A DNA stretch of 64,000 nt. Source: Acidimicrobiia bacterium. Lineage in GTDB: Bacteria > Actinomycetota > Acidimicrobiia > Acidimicrobiales > Bin134. The notes below the pieces were generated by a model. That model was given only the letters and a program-made list of their open reading frames with translations, was not told the origin of the DNA and searched no databases. Made by a program: the position numbers and the translations under genes. Shown here piece by piece: positions 40,157 to 48,479 of this stretch. Positions within the stretch are counted from its first letter, which is position 1. Every line of letters begins with the position of its first letter. The stretch covers positions 102,295 through 166,294 of the forward strand of contig VYEX01000062.1 in the NCBI GenBank assembly GCA_009842675.1, in the 5' to 3' direction.

Positions 40157-40950
40157 TGCCACCGGCCGCAGTCGTTCCCCGCACAAAGTTGGCGGTTGAG
40201 TATTGGCTGTTGACCTATCGGCGCAACTGGAAGGGCTCGCTGCTCACCAGTTTCTTGAGTCCGATCCTGTTCCTGGCGGCCATGGGGTTGGGCCTGGGCT
40301 CCCTGGTCGACGCCGAGGTTGGTTCGGGCCGGGACCTGGGCGGACTCGACTACCTGGACTTCCTAGCCCCAGGGTTGTTGGCTGGAAACGCCATGATGCT
40401 GGCGGTCAACGAGTCCACCTACCCGGTTCTGGGCGGCTTCAAGTGGTACCGCACCTACATGGCCATGGCCGCTTCCCCGCTGCGAGGCCGCGACATCATG
40501 CTGGGCCATTTCACCTACATGGCCTTTCGGGTGACCTTGGCCAGCTTCGTATTCCTAGGAGTGATGGCCGTCTTCGGAGCGGTCTCGTCCCCGCTGGCGG
40601 TACTGGCCCCAATATGCGCCGCCCTGTGCGGCATGGCCTTCGCCACCCCCACCGCGGCGTTTGTCGCCACCCGGATCAACGCCGACAACTTCAGCACCTA
40701 CACCCGGTTCGTAATCATGCCCATGTTCTTGTTCTCGGGCATCTTCTACCCGGTATCGCAGCTGCCTATCGTCCTTGAACAGATCGCCTGGCTCACCCCG
40801 GTGTGGCACGGGGTGAGGCTGTGCCGGGCGCTTAGCACCGGCAGCGGAGTGAACTGGGAACTGGCCGGGCATCTTGCCTATCTGGTGGCCCTGATCTTGA
40901 TCGGCACGCTGCTCTCAGCCAGGACATTCACCCGGAGGCTGTACGAATGA
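40156..40950 (+). CDS. ABC-2 type transporter permease
   Basis: 264 aa with six predicted hydrophobic segments. The start overlaps the ATPase stop. Confidence 0.8.
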   Translation: MPPAAVVPRTKLAVEYWLLTYRRNWKGSLLTSFLSPILFLAAMGLGLGSLVDAEVGSGRDLGGLDYLDFLAPGLLAGNAMMLAVNESTYPVLGGFKWYRTYMAMAASPLRGRDIMLGHFTYMAFRVTLASFVFLGVMAVFGAVSSPLAVLAPICAALCGMAFATPTAAFVATRINADNFSTYTRFVIMPMFLFSGIFYPVSQLPIVLEQIAWLTPVWHGVRLCRALSTGSGVNWELAGHLAYLVALILIGTLLSARTFTRRLYE

Positions 40951-41780
40951 GCCCGGCAAATGTGAAGCAGGGACGACGCCCCTCGAAGCTGGGACTGGCC
41001 GCGGCGGCGGGCTTGTTGCCCTCGCATCGGTTTGCCCGCGTCGTCGAGCGCAACATTACCGTGTATCGGCGTACCTGGGTCACGCTGTTGTCGGGGTTCT
41101 TCGAACCGGTGTTCTACCTGCTGTCCATCGGCATCGGCATCGGCGAGCTGGTGGGCGACGTGACTGTCGGGGGGCGCACCGTCGACTACCGCACGTTCGT
41201 GGCCCCGGGGCTGTTGGCCACTTCGGCCATGAACGGCACCTTCTACGACAGCACCATGAACATGTACTACAAGCTCACCTGGGCCAAGATCTACGACGCC
41301 GTGCTGGCCACCCCGGTGGGCGTGGTTGATCTGGCCCTGGGCGAGATGGGTTGGTCGGTGCTGCGGGCCACCCTGTACTCCGGCGGCTTTCTGGGAGTCA
41401 TGGCCGGTTTGGGGCTGGTGGACTCGTTCTGGGCCATCGCCGCACTGCCGGGGGCCACTCTGATCGGATTCACCTTTGCTGCCTTGGGGATGGCCGCCAC
41501 GAGCTACATGCGGAGCTGGAACGATCTCGACTTGGTGACCGTGCCGCTCATTGTGCAGTTCCTGTTCTCAGCCACCTTCTTCCCGCTGGACACCTACCCC
41601 CGGGCCGTGCAATTCCTGGTCCAGGCCACCCCCCTCTACCACGGCGTGGCCATGGAGCGAGCCTTCATCGCCGGCGACATCAGCCTGGACTTGGTCGTCC
41701 ATATCGCCTACTTGCTGGCCTTAGCCGCCGCCGGCGCCGCCATTGCCAGCCGCCGCCTCGGCCAATTGCTCACCCCGTGA
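40947..41780 (+). CDS. ABC-2 type transporter permease (second subunit)
   Basis: 277 aa hydrophobic paralogue of the preceding gene, with an ATGA overlap. Confidence 0.8.
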   Translation: MSPANVKQGRRPSKLGLAAAAGLLPSHRFARVVERNITVYRRTWVTLLSGFFEPVFYLLSIGIGIGELVGDVTVGGRTVDYRTFVAPGLLATSAMNGTFYDSTMNMYYKLTWAKIYDAVLATPVGVVDLALGEMGWSVLRATLYSGGFLGVMAGLGLVDSFWAIAALPGATLIGFTFAALGMAATSYMRSWNDLDLVTVPLIVQFLFSATFFPLDTYPRAVQFLVQATPLYHGVAMERAFIAGDISLDLVVHIAYLLALAAAGAAIASRRLGQLLTP

Positions 41781-41787
41781 GGAGTGC

Positions 41788-42033
41788 TTAGACAGGCTGG
41801 CGGATGATGGTGCCGGGCTGGATGCCGGAGTCGGGGCCGATTCCGTCGAGCTTGAGGGCCATGAGCATATGGAACTCATCGCCGCCGTCTCCGCTGTCGC
41901 CTTGCACGGTGTGGTCGATGGAGACAACTTTGGTAGCTACCGCCTGATCGCCGACGTCGACTACCAAAGCGTCGCCCTCTTGGACCCGTCCCGCAGTGGC
42001 CCGGCCGATCACAAAAAAATCGCCGGCTGACAT
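41788..42033 (-). CDS. small hypothetical protein, EF-Tu domain-2-like beta-barrel
   Basis: 81 aa from ATG 42033. FFVIGRATAGRVQEGDALVVDVGDQAVATKVVSI resembles the EF-Tu domain II pattern (ITGRGTVxTGRVxxGxxxVGD). Third-position GC is high. The rest of ORF 41788..42831 is antisense to the amidohydrolase gene. The start could lie further upstream. Confidence 0.35.
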   Translation of the reverse strand: MSAGDFFVIGRATAGRVQEGDALVVDVGDQAVATKVVSIDHTVQGDSGDGGDEFHMLMALKLDGIGPDSGIQPGTIIRQPV

Positions 42034-42177
42034 GGCCTCGGTGCGGACCACCTCAAGCTGGAACAGCTCCTTGCTTCGACACCACCGCTTGAAGAACGTC
42101 CGCCAGTTGCGGGGCTGGTCGTCCCACTCCCCTTCCACGATGCCCGGCGAGTTGCTCACAATTGGCAAACTAGTGGA

Positions 42178-43383
42178 ATGAGCGACCGGTACACCATCAT
42201 CTCGGCCGACTGCCACGCCGGGGCCAACCACGAGACCTACCGCGGCTACCTGGAATCCAAGTACCTCGACGACTTCGACGCTTGGCGGGACAAGTACCGC
42301 AACCCGTTCCGCGACCTCCAAGACGGTGGGCGGGTGCGCAACTGGGACAACGAGCGCCGATTGGGAGATCTGTACACCGACGGCCAGGTGGGCGAGGTGG
42401 TATTCCCCAACACCGTGCCCCCGTTCTTTCCCAGCTTCATCCTGTTCGCCCGCCCGCCCCGGGCCGACCAACTCGAACACCGCCTGGCTGGCATCCGAGC
42501 CCACAATCGCTGGCTGGCCGAATGGTGTGCGGAGTATCCCGATCAGCGAGCCGGCATCGGCCAAACCTTCTTGAACGATGTCGACGAGGCCATCAAAGAC
42601 GTGGAGTTCATCGCGGCCAACAACCTTCGCGGCGGCGTGCTCATCTCGGCCATCCCACCCGACTGCAAGGACCTCTCCCCTTTGTACGACCCGGCGTACG
42701 ACCCGTTCTGGGCCGCCTGCGAGGACCTCGGGGTGATCGTCAACAGCCACGGCGGCACCGGTGCCCCCAATTACGGCAAGTACTCGGTGGCCGACCTGTT
42801 GTTCATCACTGAGGTGAGTTTCTACTCCCATCGGCCCTTCTACCAGCTATTGCTGTCGGGGGTGTTCGAGCGTTTCCCCAAACTCAAGTTCGTTATGACC
42901 GAGCAGGGCTGTGCCTGGCTGGTGGGCGCATTGGCCCAAATGGACGAGACCCTGGCCAAGATCCGCGACACCGGCCGCATGGGCGAGATGCGCTACGACG
43001 AGAGCCACATCCTGCCCAAGAGCGCCACTGAGTACTTCCAGCAGAACTGCTGGGTGGGGATCAGCCAGCCGGGCCACGAGGACGCCGCCGCCCGCGAGGT
43101 GCTGGGGTCGCACAAAGTGATGTGGGGCTCCGACTATCCCCACAACGAGGGCACTGGTCCCTATACCCGCGAGCACCTGCGCCAGGTGTTCTGCAACACC
43201 GATCCGGTAGAGCTCCAGCAAATCCTGGCCGGCAACGCCGCCAATCTGTATGGATTCGACCTCGACGCTCTGGCCCCGCTGGCCGCCCAGCACGGACCCA
43301 CTCACGACGAGATCGCCGTGCCCCTCGATCAGTTGCCCGCTGAACCCAACGAAGCACTGCTCAAGAACGTCATTGCCGCCTGA
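42178..43383 (+). CDS. amidohydrolase_2 family protein
   Basis: Contains IISADCHAG...WGSDYPHNEG. Confidence 0.75.
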   Translation: MSDRYTIISADCHAGANHETYRGYLESKYLDDFDAWRDKYRNPFRDLQDGGRVRNWDNERRLGDLYTDGQVGEVVFPNTVPPFFPSFILFARPPRADQLEHRLAGIRAHNRWLAEWCAEYPDQRAGIGQTFLNDVDEAIKDVEFIAANNLRGGVLISAIPPDCKDLSPLYDPAYDPFWAACEDLGVIVNSHGGTGAPNYGKYSVADLLFITEVSFYSHRPFYQLLLSGVFERFPKLKFVMTEQGCAWLVGALAQMDETLAKIRDTGRMGEMRYDESHILPKSATEYFQQNCWVGISQPGHEDAAAREVLGSHKVMWGSDYPHNEGTGPYTREHLRQVFCNTDPVELQQILAGNAANLYGFDLDALAPLAAQHGPTHDEIAVPLDQLPAEPNEALLKNVIAA

Positions 43384-43450
43384 CAAGGCCGTCAGTCAAG
43401 AGAGCTAGCTGAAATGTCCTGACTCGCCCGCGCCTCCCGTCAGCGCTAAG

Positions 43451-43479
43451 GGAACCAAAGGGCATCACCGGGCGTCGTT
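43451..43479 (+). promoter_or_regulatory. ECF-type promoter candidate (GGAAC - 17 nt - CGTCGTT), possibly giving a leaderless mRNA
   Basis: GGAAC lies at 43451-43455 and CGTC/GTT at 43473-43479. The sigma-factor start codons GTG 43485 and ATG 43488 lie 6-9 nt downstream. Confidence 0.4.
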
Positions 43480-43484
43480 GCCAA

Positions 43485-44021
43485 GTGATGAAGACTATCC
43501 CTTGGATGGCTTCGGGAGTTTCAGAGGGCGACCAGCCGATTTGGCATGGGTCCGCGACGGCTGGCGAAGTTCACCAACTGGCCAGCTTTGACGACTTGTA
43601 CCGAGATGAATACGGGCCGATGGTTCGCCTTGCCCGTGGGCTGGTGGATACCCAGGAGATCGCAGAAGAGATCGTCCAGGACGCCTTCGCCAGGGTGTAT
43701 GAGCGCTGGAATCGGCTCGACAATCCCGGCGGCTACCTGCGCACCGCGGTGGTGAACGGCGCCCGCAGCGAGCTGAGGAAACGCGAAGTGAGACGGCGCA
43801 TCGGCATTCGGCCGTTCATTCCTCCCCAACCCGAGGATCGAGACTACCTGCTCGATGCCCTAGACCAGCTCCCCCCTCGCCAGAAGACCGTCCTCGTCTT
43901 GAAGTTCTACGCCGACATGACCGAGAAAGAGATCGCCCAGGCCATAGGGGTAAGGCCGGGCACAGTCAAAAGCGCCACCTCCCGAGGACTGGCCGAGTTG
44001 CGAAAGGTGGTCGAGCAGTGA
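43485..44021 (+). CDS. ECF-family RNA polymerase sigma factor
   Basis: Region 2 is DLYRDEYGPMVRLARGLV...EEIVQDAF...YLRTAVVN. Region 4 is LPPRQKTVLVLKFYADMTEKEIAQAIGVRPGTVKS. Confidence 0.88.
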   Translation: MMKTIPWMASGVSEGDQPIWHGSATAGEVHQLASFDDLYRDEYGPMVRLARGLVDTQEIAEEIVQDAFARVYERWNRLDNPGGYLRTAVVNGARSELRKREVRRRIGIRPFIPPQPEDRDYLLDALDQLPPRQKTVLVLKFYADMTEKEIAQAIGVRPGTVKSATSRGLAELRKVVEQ

Positions 44022-45997
44022 GCGACGAGCGCCGCACCCCTGAGAACCAGACCGAAGCCGACGATCAGGCCCTCGGCGAAGCCCTGGGCTCCGCTATCCG
44101 AGGGCGGGTCGATACTCCCGCCGCTCGCCCGCCGGTGTCCTCGATCGCCGAGCGCGCCGCCGCTCGGGCCAAGGCTCGCAACACCCGACGGGCCGTTGTG
44201 GGCATCGCCGCGTCGGCTGCCCTCGTGGTGGGCGGAATCTCGGCATGGAACGCTCTGGAGGGCGACCAGCCCAATGAAGTGATCGTGGTCGATGATCCCA
44301 CTGCCTCTCCTGCGCCCCAACCGGGCACAGAACCGACTCCCGCGCCGACTTCGGAAACTCCGAGTGAGCCAGAAGACACCCCCCAGACCGGCTCCGAAGC
44401 AAGTACTGAACCTCCGACGCCGGCGATCATGTCCACTGGGCCGGCACCGGGCTGGAACGGGTTTGAGCCGACCAGCGTCTTTGGGGCTGATGTGGTTGAC
44501 GCCCACAGGTTTGCGTCGGTCGGCGACGGGCGTTTGGTAGTGCAGGCCTACAGCACCGACGGCGACCAAGTGCTGATTTCGTCCAATGGGGCCGACTGGA
44601 CGGCGATTCCAATGCCGTCATTCTTCTCCCCCGAGAGATTCGACATCGCCGGAGACCGCTGGCTGGTAACCGGTTGGGGGTACAACGAAACCGTGTCAGA
44701 ACCCCAGGCGTTCTTCTCCGACGACCAGGGAACCACGTGGACCGACCTAGCCCTCGACATCGTTTCTCCCGATGAGACTTCCCGGGTTGCCGCCGCGACA
44801 GTGTCAGGGCAGAACATGGTGATTGCCACGGAGAACCGCATCCACACCGATATCGCGTCGGTAATCGTGGCCCGGGGACTGGTGCCCGACAAAGAGTCGA
44901 TAAGGGGCTGGATGGGCGTGGAAGGCAACACGGTGAGCTTCACCCGAGACGAGTCGTCACCGCCTGAGTCATTTGAGCTGACCTCCGAAGAAGAAGATCT
45001 GCTCTACGGAGGCGATCGGGACTTTGTCCGCCTCTTCCATAGCGACGGAGGAGATGCGGAACTCGTGGCCGAGTACCAGGGCTGGAATGTTGCCGGATAC
45101 GGCGCAACCGACGGGTTCCATCTTTTGATGCTGGCCAACGAGGGGGCGCTCAAGCTCGCCTCCCCTGATGGCCGCCAATGGAGCCAAACTCCTTTGGCCA
45201 CCGGCGACGGCGTTCCCGTCGATCAACTCTCCAACTACTACGGGTCTACCAACCAGACGGTCTGGACATCCGGTGGAACGGCAAGCGACTACCGAGTTGA
45301 ACGCCTCGACGGTGTGTACACCGCCCCCCTGGTCGCTGAACTTCCCGAGGGCATCGCCCATGCGAGTCGTTTCTCGGTCGGCCCCGCGGGCGTCGCCATG
45401 GTGGCCTTGCCGGGGAGCTTCCCCGATGCGGATCTCGAGCTGAGCTTGCAGGTGGCCAAGGACGGCTACGAATTGCGCTACAACCAGCCCGAGGGCGGCT
45501 TTTCCCTTTGGGACTTGACCCAAGACATTGCCGTCTACCAGTTCGACCCCGAGAGTGAACAGGCCAACATGCTCCCCGAGGGCATTCAGGTCGTGGAAGG
45601 GGACGACGGCGATACCGAGTTGCTGATCTTTGAGGATCCCGAGACCGGTGAGCATCTGGTGTCGTTCACCAGAGAAGAACTGCAACCTTGGGCCAACGCT
45701 GAGAGCCTGTTGGCCGCACCAGAAATCAGACCCCAACAGGTTGAGGCGTGGGTGGGCTGGTCGGCCAACGGAGTCGATTGGGTATGGCAGACCCTCTCCG
45801 AAGCCTTCGGACTCACCGATCTCACCGATGTTGAGAAAGAGCTCACCAACGTTGATCTAGCCGTTGGCACTGACTATCTGATCGCCCGAGTACAGCTTGG
45901 CGTTGTCGATCCCTCCGAGACGCCCGACGACAACGGCGACGGTCCCTACTCCGTCACATATCTACCACCGCGATGGTTCATCGCCACCGTAGAATGA
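44018..45997 (+). CDS. single-pass membrane protein with extracytoplasmic Asp-box (BNR-like) beta-propeller; putative anti-sigma/sensor partner
   Basis: A 4-nt overlap links it to the sigma gene. The layout is about 65 cytoplasmic aa, a TM helix (AVVGIAASAALVVGGISAW), a PT-rich linker, then Asp-box-like repeats [25 protein letters not shown] and SANGVDWV. There is no HxxxCxxC zinc anti-sigma motif. Confidence 0.6.
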   Translation: MSDERRTPENQTEADDQALGEALGSAIRGRVDTPAARPPVSSIAERAAARAKARNTRRAVVGIAASAALVVGGISAWNALEGDQPNEVIVVDDPTASPAPQPGTEPTPAPTSETPSEPEDTPQTGSEASTEPPTPAIMSTGPAPGWNGFEPTSVFGADVVDAHRFASVGDGRLVVQAYSTDGDQVLISSNGADWTAIPMPSFFSPERFDIAGDRWLVTGWGYNETVSEPQAFFSDDQGTTWTDLALDIVSPDETSRVAAATVSGQNMVIATENRIHTDIASVIVARGLVPDKESIRGWMGVEGNTVSFTRDESSPPESFELTSEEEDLLYGGDRDFVRLFHSDGGDAELVAEYQGWNVAGYGATDGFHLLMLANEGALKLASPDGRQWSQTPLATGDGVPVDQLSNYYGSTNQTVWTSGGTASDYRVERLDGVYTAPLVAELPEGIAHASRFSVGPAGVAMVALPGSFPDADLELSLQVAKDGYELRYNQPEGGFSLWDLTQDIAVYQFDPESEQANMLPEGIQVVEGDDGDTELLIFEDPETGEHLVSFTREELQPWANAESLLAAPEIRPQQVEAWVGWSANGVDWVWQTLSEAFGLTDLTDVEKELTNVDLAVGTDYLIARVQLGVVDPSETPDDNGDGPYSVTYLPPRWFIATVE

Positions 45998-46045
45998 AGA
46001 GAGCGTTAGGGCTGTTAACAGCGGCTCTGGCTAGACGGTAGGACG

Positions 46046-46091
46046 GCTGTGGGCGGTTGGTGCGTCCCCCTCCGCACCAACCGCCCGCAGC
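46046..46091 (+). terminator. 19-bp stem hairpin (one G-U pair, 8-nt C-rich loop) after the sigma/propeller operon; no U-tail
   Basis: The arm 46046-46064 pairs with 46073-46091, checked base by base. The loop is TCCCCCTC. A perfect 12-nt palindrome GCTGTTAACAGC lies at 46011-46022. Confidence 0.5.
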
Positions 46092-46119
46092 GCTGTCTAC
46101 CGCCCCTTAGACTCGGCGC

Positions 46120-47280
46120 ATGATCATCGACGTGGATACCCACTGGGAGATCACGGGGGACTCGTCTGGGGTAGATCCCATGAAGCCGTGGGCCGATCAG
46201 ATACCCGACAACCGGACGCACCTGGCCAACGCCATCGCCGGCGACCTGCTCCAGGTGCTGCCCGCCGACCGCCTGCCAAGCCCGGCAGAACTGCTGCCCA
46301 AGCTCTTTGAGCGGGCCGAAGATTCGGGAGGGCCGGTAATCCTGCACCCCCGCCACGACTCCACCGCCGCCGAGCGAGTGGCGTGGATGGACTCGGTGGG
46401 AATCGACCACTGCCTGGTGAACCCTGGCGGCTACTGGCAGAAGCTCGACTACCTCCGGCCGGAAGATCGGGTGATTGCCGCCCAGCGGTGCAACGACTTC
46501 CTCACCGAGCAACTTTGGGACCAGCAGAATCGGCTCCACACAGTGGCCACCATCGACTTCTCTGATCTGGACCACGCGGTGGCTGAGCTGGAGCGGTGCC
46601 GGGATCGAGGCTCCCGGGCGTTCTTCCTCTACACCCTCCGGGGAGTACCCGCTGGCGGCCCACCCGGCCACCCAGACTGGGATCGGGTGTGGGCCGCGGC
46701 CACCTCCCTGGGCATGGTGGCGGTGATCCATGTAGGAAACACCGAGTCCGACTTCTCCAAGTGGGCCGATATCGGTTGGGATCTGCCTGAAGGAGCCGGA
46801 GTCGGTGGGCTGATCCGGCTGGCCAACACCCAGCGGCTGCACGCCGCTCAAAACCTCATCGCCAGCATGCTGTTCGGCGGGGTGTTCCACCGGTTCCCCA
46901 CCCTCACTGTGCTGGTCGAGGAGATGCGGGCAGGATGGCTGCCCTGGTATGTGGCCACATTGTCCCGCCAGTGCCTGTCGTCGCCGTCTTTGGGCGATTG
47001 GCCGTGGCCCACCAGCGGCGAGGAGATGCTCCACCGCAATCTGCGGCTCACTCCCCTGCCCGGATTCGGCGACACCGACGCCCTCGACGTGCTGGCCGCC
47101 CTACCCGACATGGTGGTGTTCTCCTCCGACTACCCCCACCAAGAGGGCAACGCCGACCCCATTGAGCTGTACCGCCCCGATCTCGATGACCTAGACGACG
47201 GCGTGAGGTCCGCGTTCATGGGAACGACCGCCGCAGAATGCTTCGCCCGAATCGGCGACCCGCTGCCTGCGGTGGGCTGA
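46120..47280 (+). CDS. amidohydrolase_2 family protein
   Basis: Contains MIIDVDTHWE...FSSDYPHQEG. Confidence 0.75.
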   Translation: MIIDVDTHWEITGDSSGVDPMKPWADQIPDNRTHLANAIAGDLLQVLPADRLPSPAELLPKLFERAEDSGGPVILHPRHDSTAAERVAWMDSVGIDHCLVNPGGYWQKLDYLRPEDRVIAAQRCNDFLTEQLWDQQNRLHTVATIDFSDLDHAVAELERCRDRGSRAFFLYTLRGVPAGGPPGHPDWDRVWAAATSLGMVAVIHVGNTESDFSKWADIGWDLPEGAGVGGLIRLANTQRLHAAQNLIASMLFGGVFHRFPTLTVLVEEMRAGWLPWYVATLSRQCLSSPSLGDWPWPTSGEEMLHRNLRLTPLPGFGDTDALDVLAALPDMVVFSSDYPHQEGNADPIELYRPDLDDLDDGVRSAFMGTTAAECFARIGDPLPAVG

Positions 47281-47293
47281 CGCTTCCTAGAAG

Positions 47294-48451
47294 TCAGCGT
47301 CCCACGGGCTGCATGTAGAAGGTGATGCCGCTGGGGGCCTCCTGCTCGGTGAGGGCATCCCGTGCTGCGGCCAGCGTCTTCCCCGCCTCGGTCTCCTCGT
47401 AGAACCAGGCCTCCGCCTGCCGTGCCCCTGGAGGTGGGCCACCGGCTAGCTCGAGAGCGGCCTCTTGGTAATAGGCCCGGATGTCGTGGGCGATTCCGAT
47501 GGTGTCCAACCGAGGGCCATAGACCTCTTTCCAGTGTTCTCCGGCGATCAGTCGCTCCAAATCAGCTAGGGCGCCGGGGACACCGTCAGGATCGATGGAA
47601 CGGCCTACTTCGGTGGCCCCCCGACGAGCTACCGCCCGGTCATAGGCGGCTCGCAGTCCCTGGGCCTCGTCCACCGACGCAGCGATTTCGGGGTCGAAAC
47701 GGGGGGGCAGCGCACAGGCCAGCGGCGCCTCAACTGCCTCCACCACTTCCGGATAGTCCACCAACACGGGACCGGAGGGGGCGTTGAGCAGATCAAATGC
47801 TGCGGCCAGCACGCCCTGTTGGAATAGGGCGTTGTCGGGCATGCCCAACGGGCGTCCCAGAGGGAACTCGCAGTACAGCACTCGGGGAACGTTCATTCGC
47901 TCAGCCACCGGCCTCATCGACGCCAGCACGACGGTGGCGATTCCAGCGTCTTCCAGTACGTGGGCCAGCACACACACGGTGCGCGTGCACAGAGGTCAAA
48001 CCGGCGTCAAGATGGCCACGTCCACTCCGTCGGCCCGCAGTTCGGCCGCGGCAGCGGGGCCTGTGTCGAGGCGCACCTCCGACACCGTGTCGGGCTGGTT
48101 GCCGGCAAACGCAACATGCCGAGGGGCCACAGCCCCGATGGTGCCGTCGGCGGCCAGTTCTTCCAAACGGTCAATGGGGTACACCACGTTGTGGTCGGAC
48201 ACATACGCAGCCCGGTCGAAATTGGAGCTCCAGTGGCCCAGGATCAGTTCCCGGTCGCTCCGATCAAGCATCCGATAGCTGGTGTCGCCCCGGCCTTCAA
48301 AGCGGTCCTGGTCCGCCCGGTGCAGCCCCGCACTAGTCACGATGGCCACGGTGGCCTGGGCCAGCGGCGGAGGCGACGCCCATGGTGTGGACTCAAACTC
48401 TGGTACCGGAAGGTTCGCCATGAGGTCGCGCATTGTCTGGTCACTCGACAT
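47294..48451 (-). CDS. GrdB/PrdB-family (glycine/sarcosine/betaine/D-proline reductase 'selenoprotein B'-like) protein with in-frame UGA (candidate selenocysteine) at 47996-47998
   Basis: ORFs 47996..48625 and 47294..47977 are in the same frame and are separated only by TGA. The read-through gives ...GVDVAILTPV-U-PLCTRTVCVLAHVLEDAGIATVV...EFPLGRPLG, which matches my recollection of the GrdB Sec region (ILTSG-U-GTCTR...ERAGIP...PLGNP). Start ATG 48451 is preceded by GGGAGAG. Confidence 0.65.
47968..47988 (-). promoter_or_regulatory. SECIS-like hairpin downstream of the GrdB-like UGA
   Basis: In the mRNA, GCACGCGC-ACCGU-GUGUGUGC forms an 8-bp stem with 2 G-U pairs. It starts 11 nt from the U of UGA. 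The loop G and U fall at nt 22-23, compared with G23/U24 in E. coli fdhF. Confidence 0.45.
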
Positions 48452-48479
48452 GCTCACACTCTCCCACAGGGCAAAGGCG

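Noticed and set aside
47996-47998. The TGA in the GrdB-like gene as a simple nonsense mutation (pseudogene).
   Set aside because: This is not fully excluded. I consider it less likely for four reasons: both halves keep an open frame with high GC3, the codon sits in a U-x-x-C motif, a SECIS-like hairpin with correct spacing follows, and a second Sec gene is nearby. It is kept as a finding with explicit refutation criteria.
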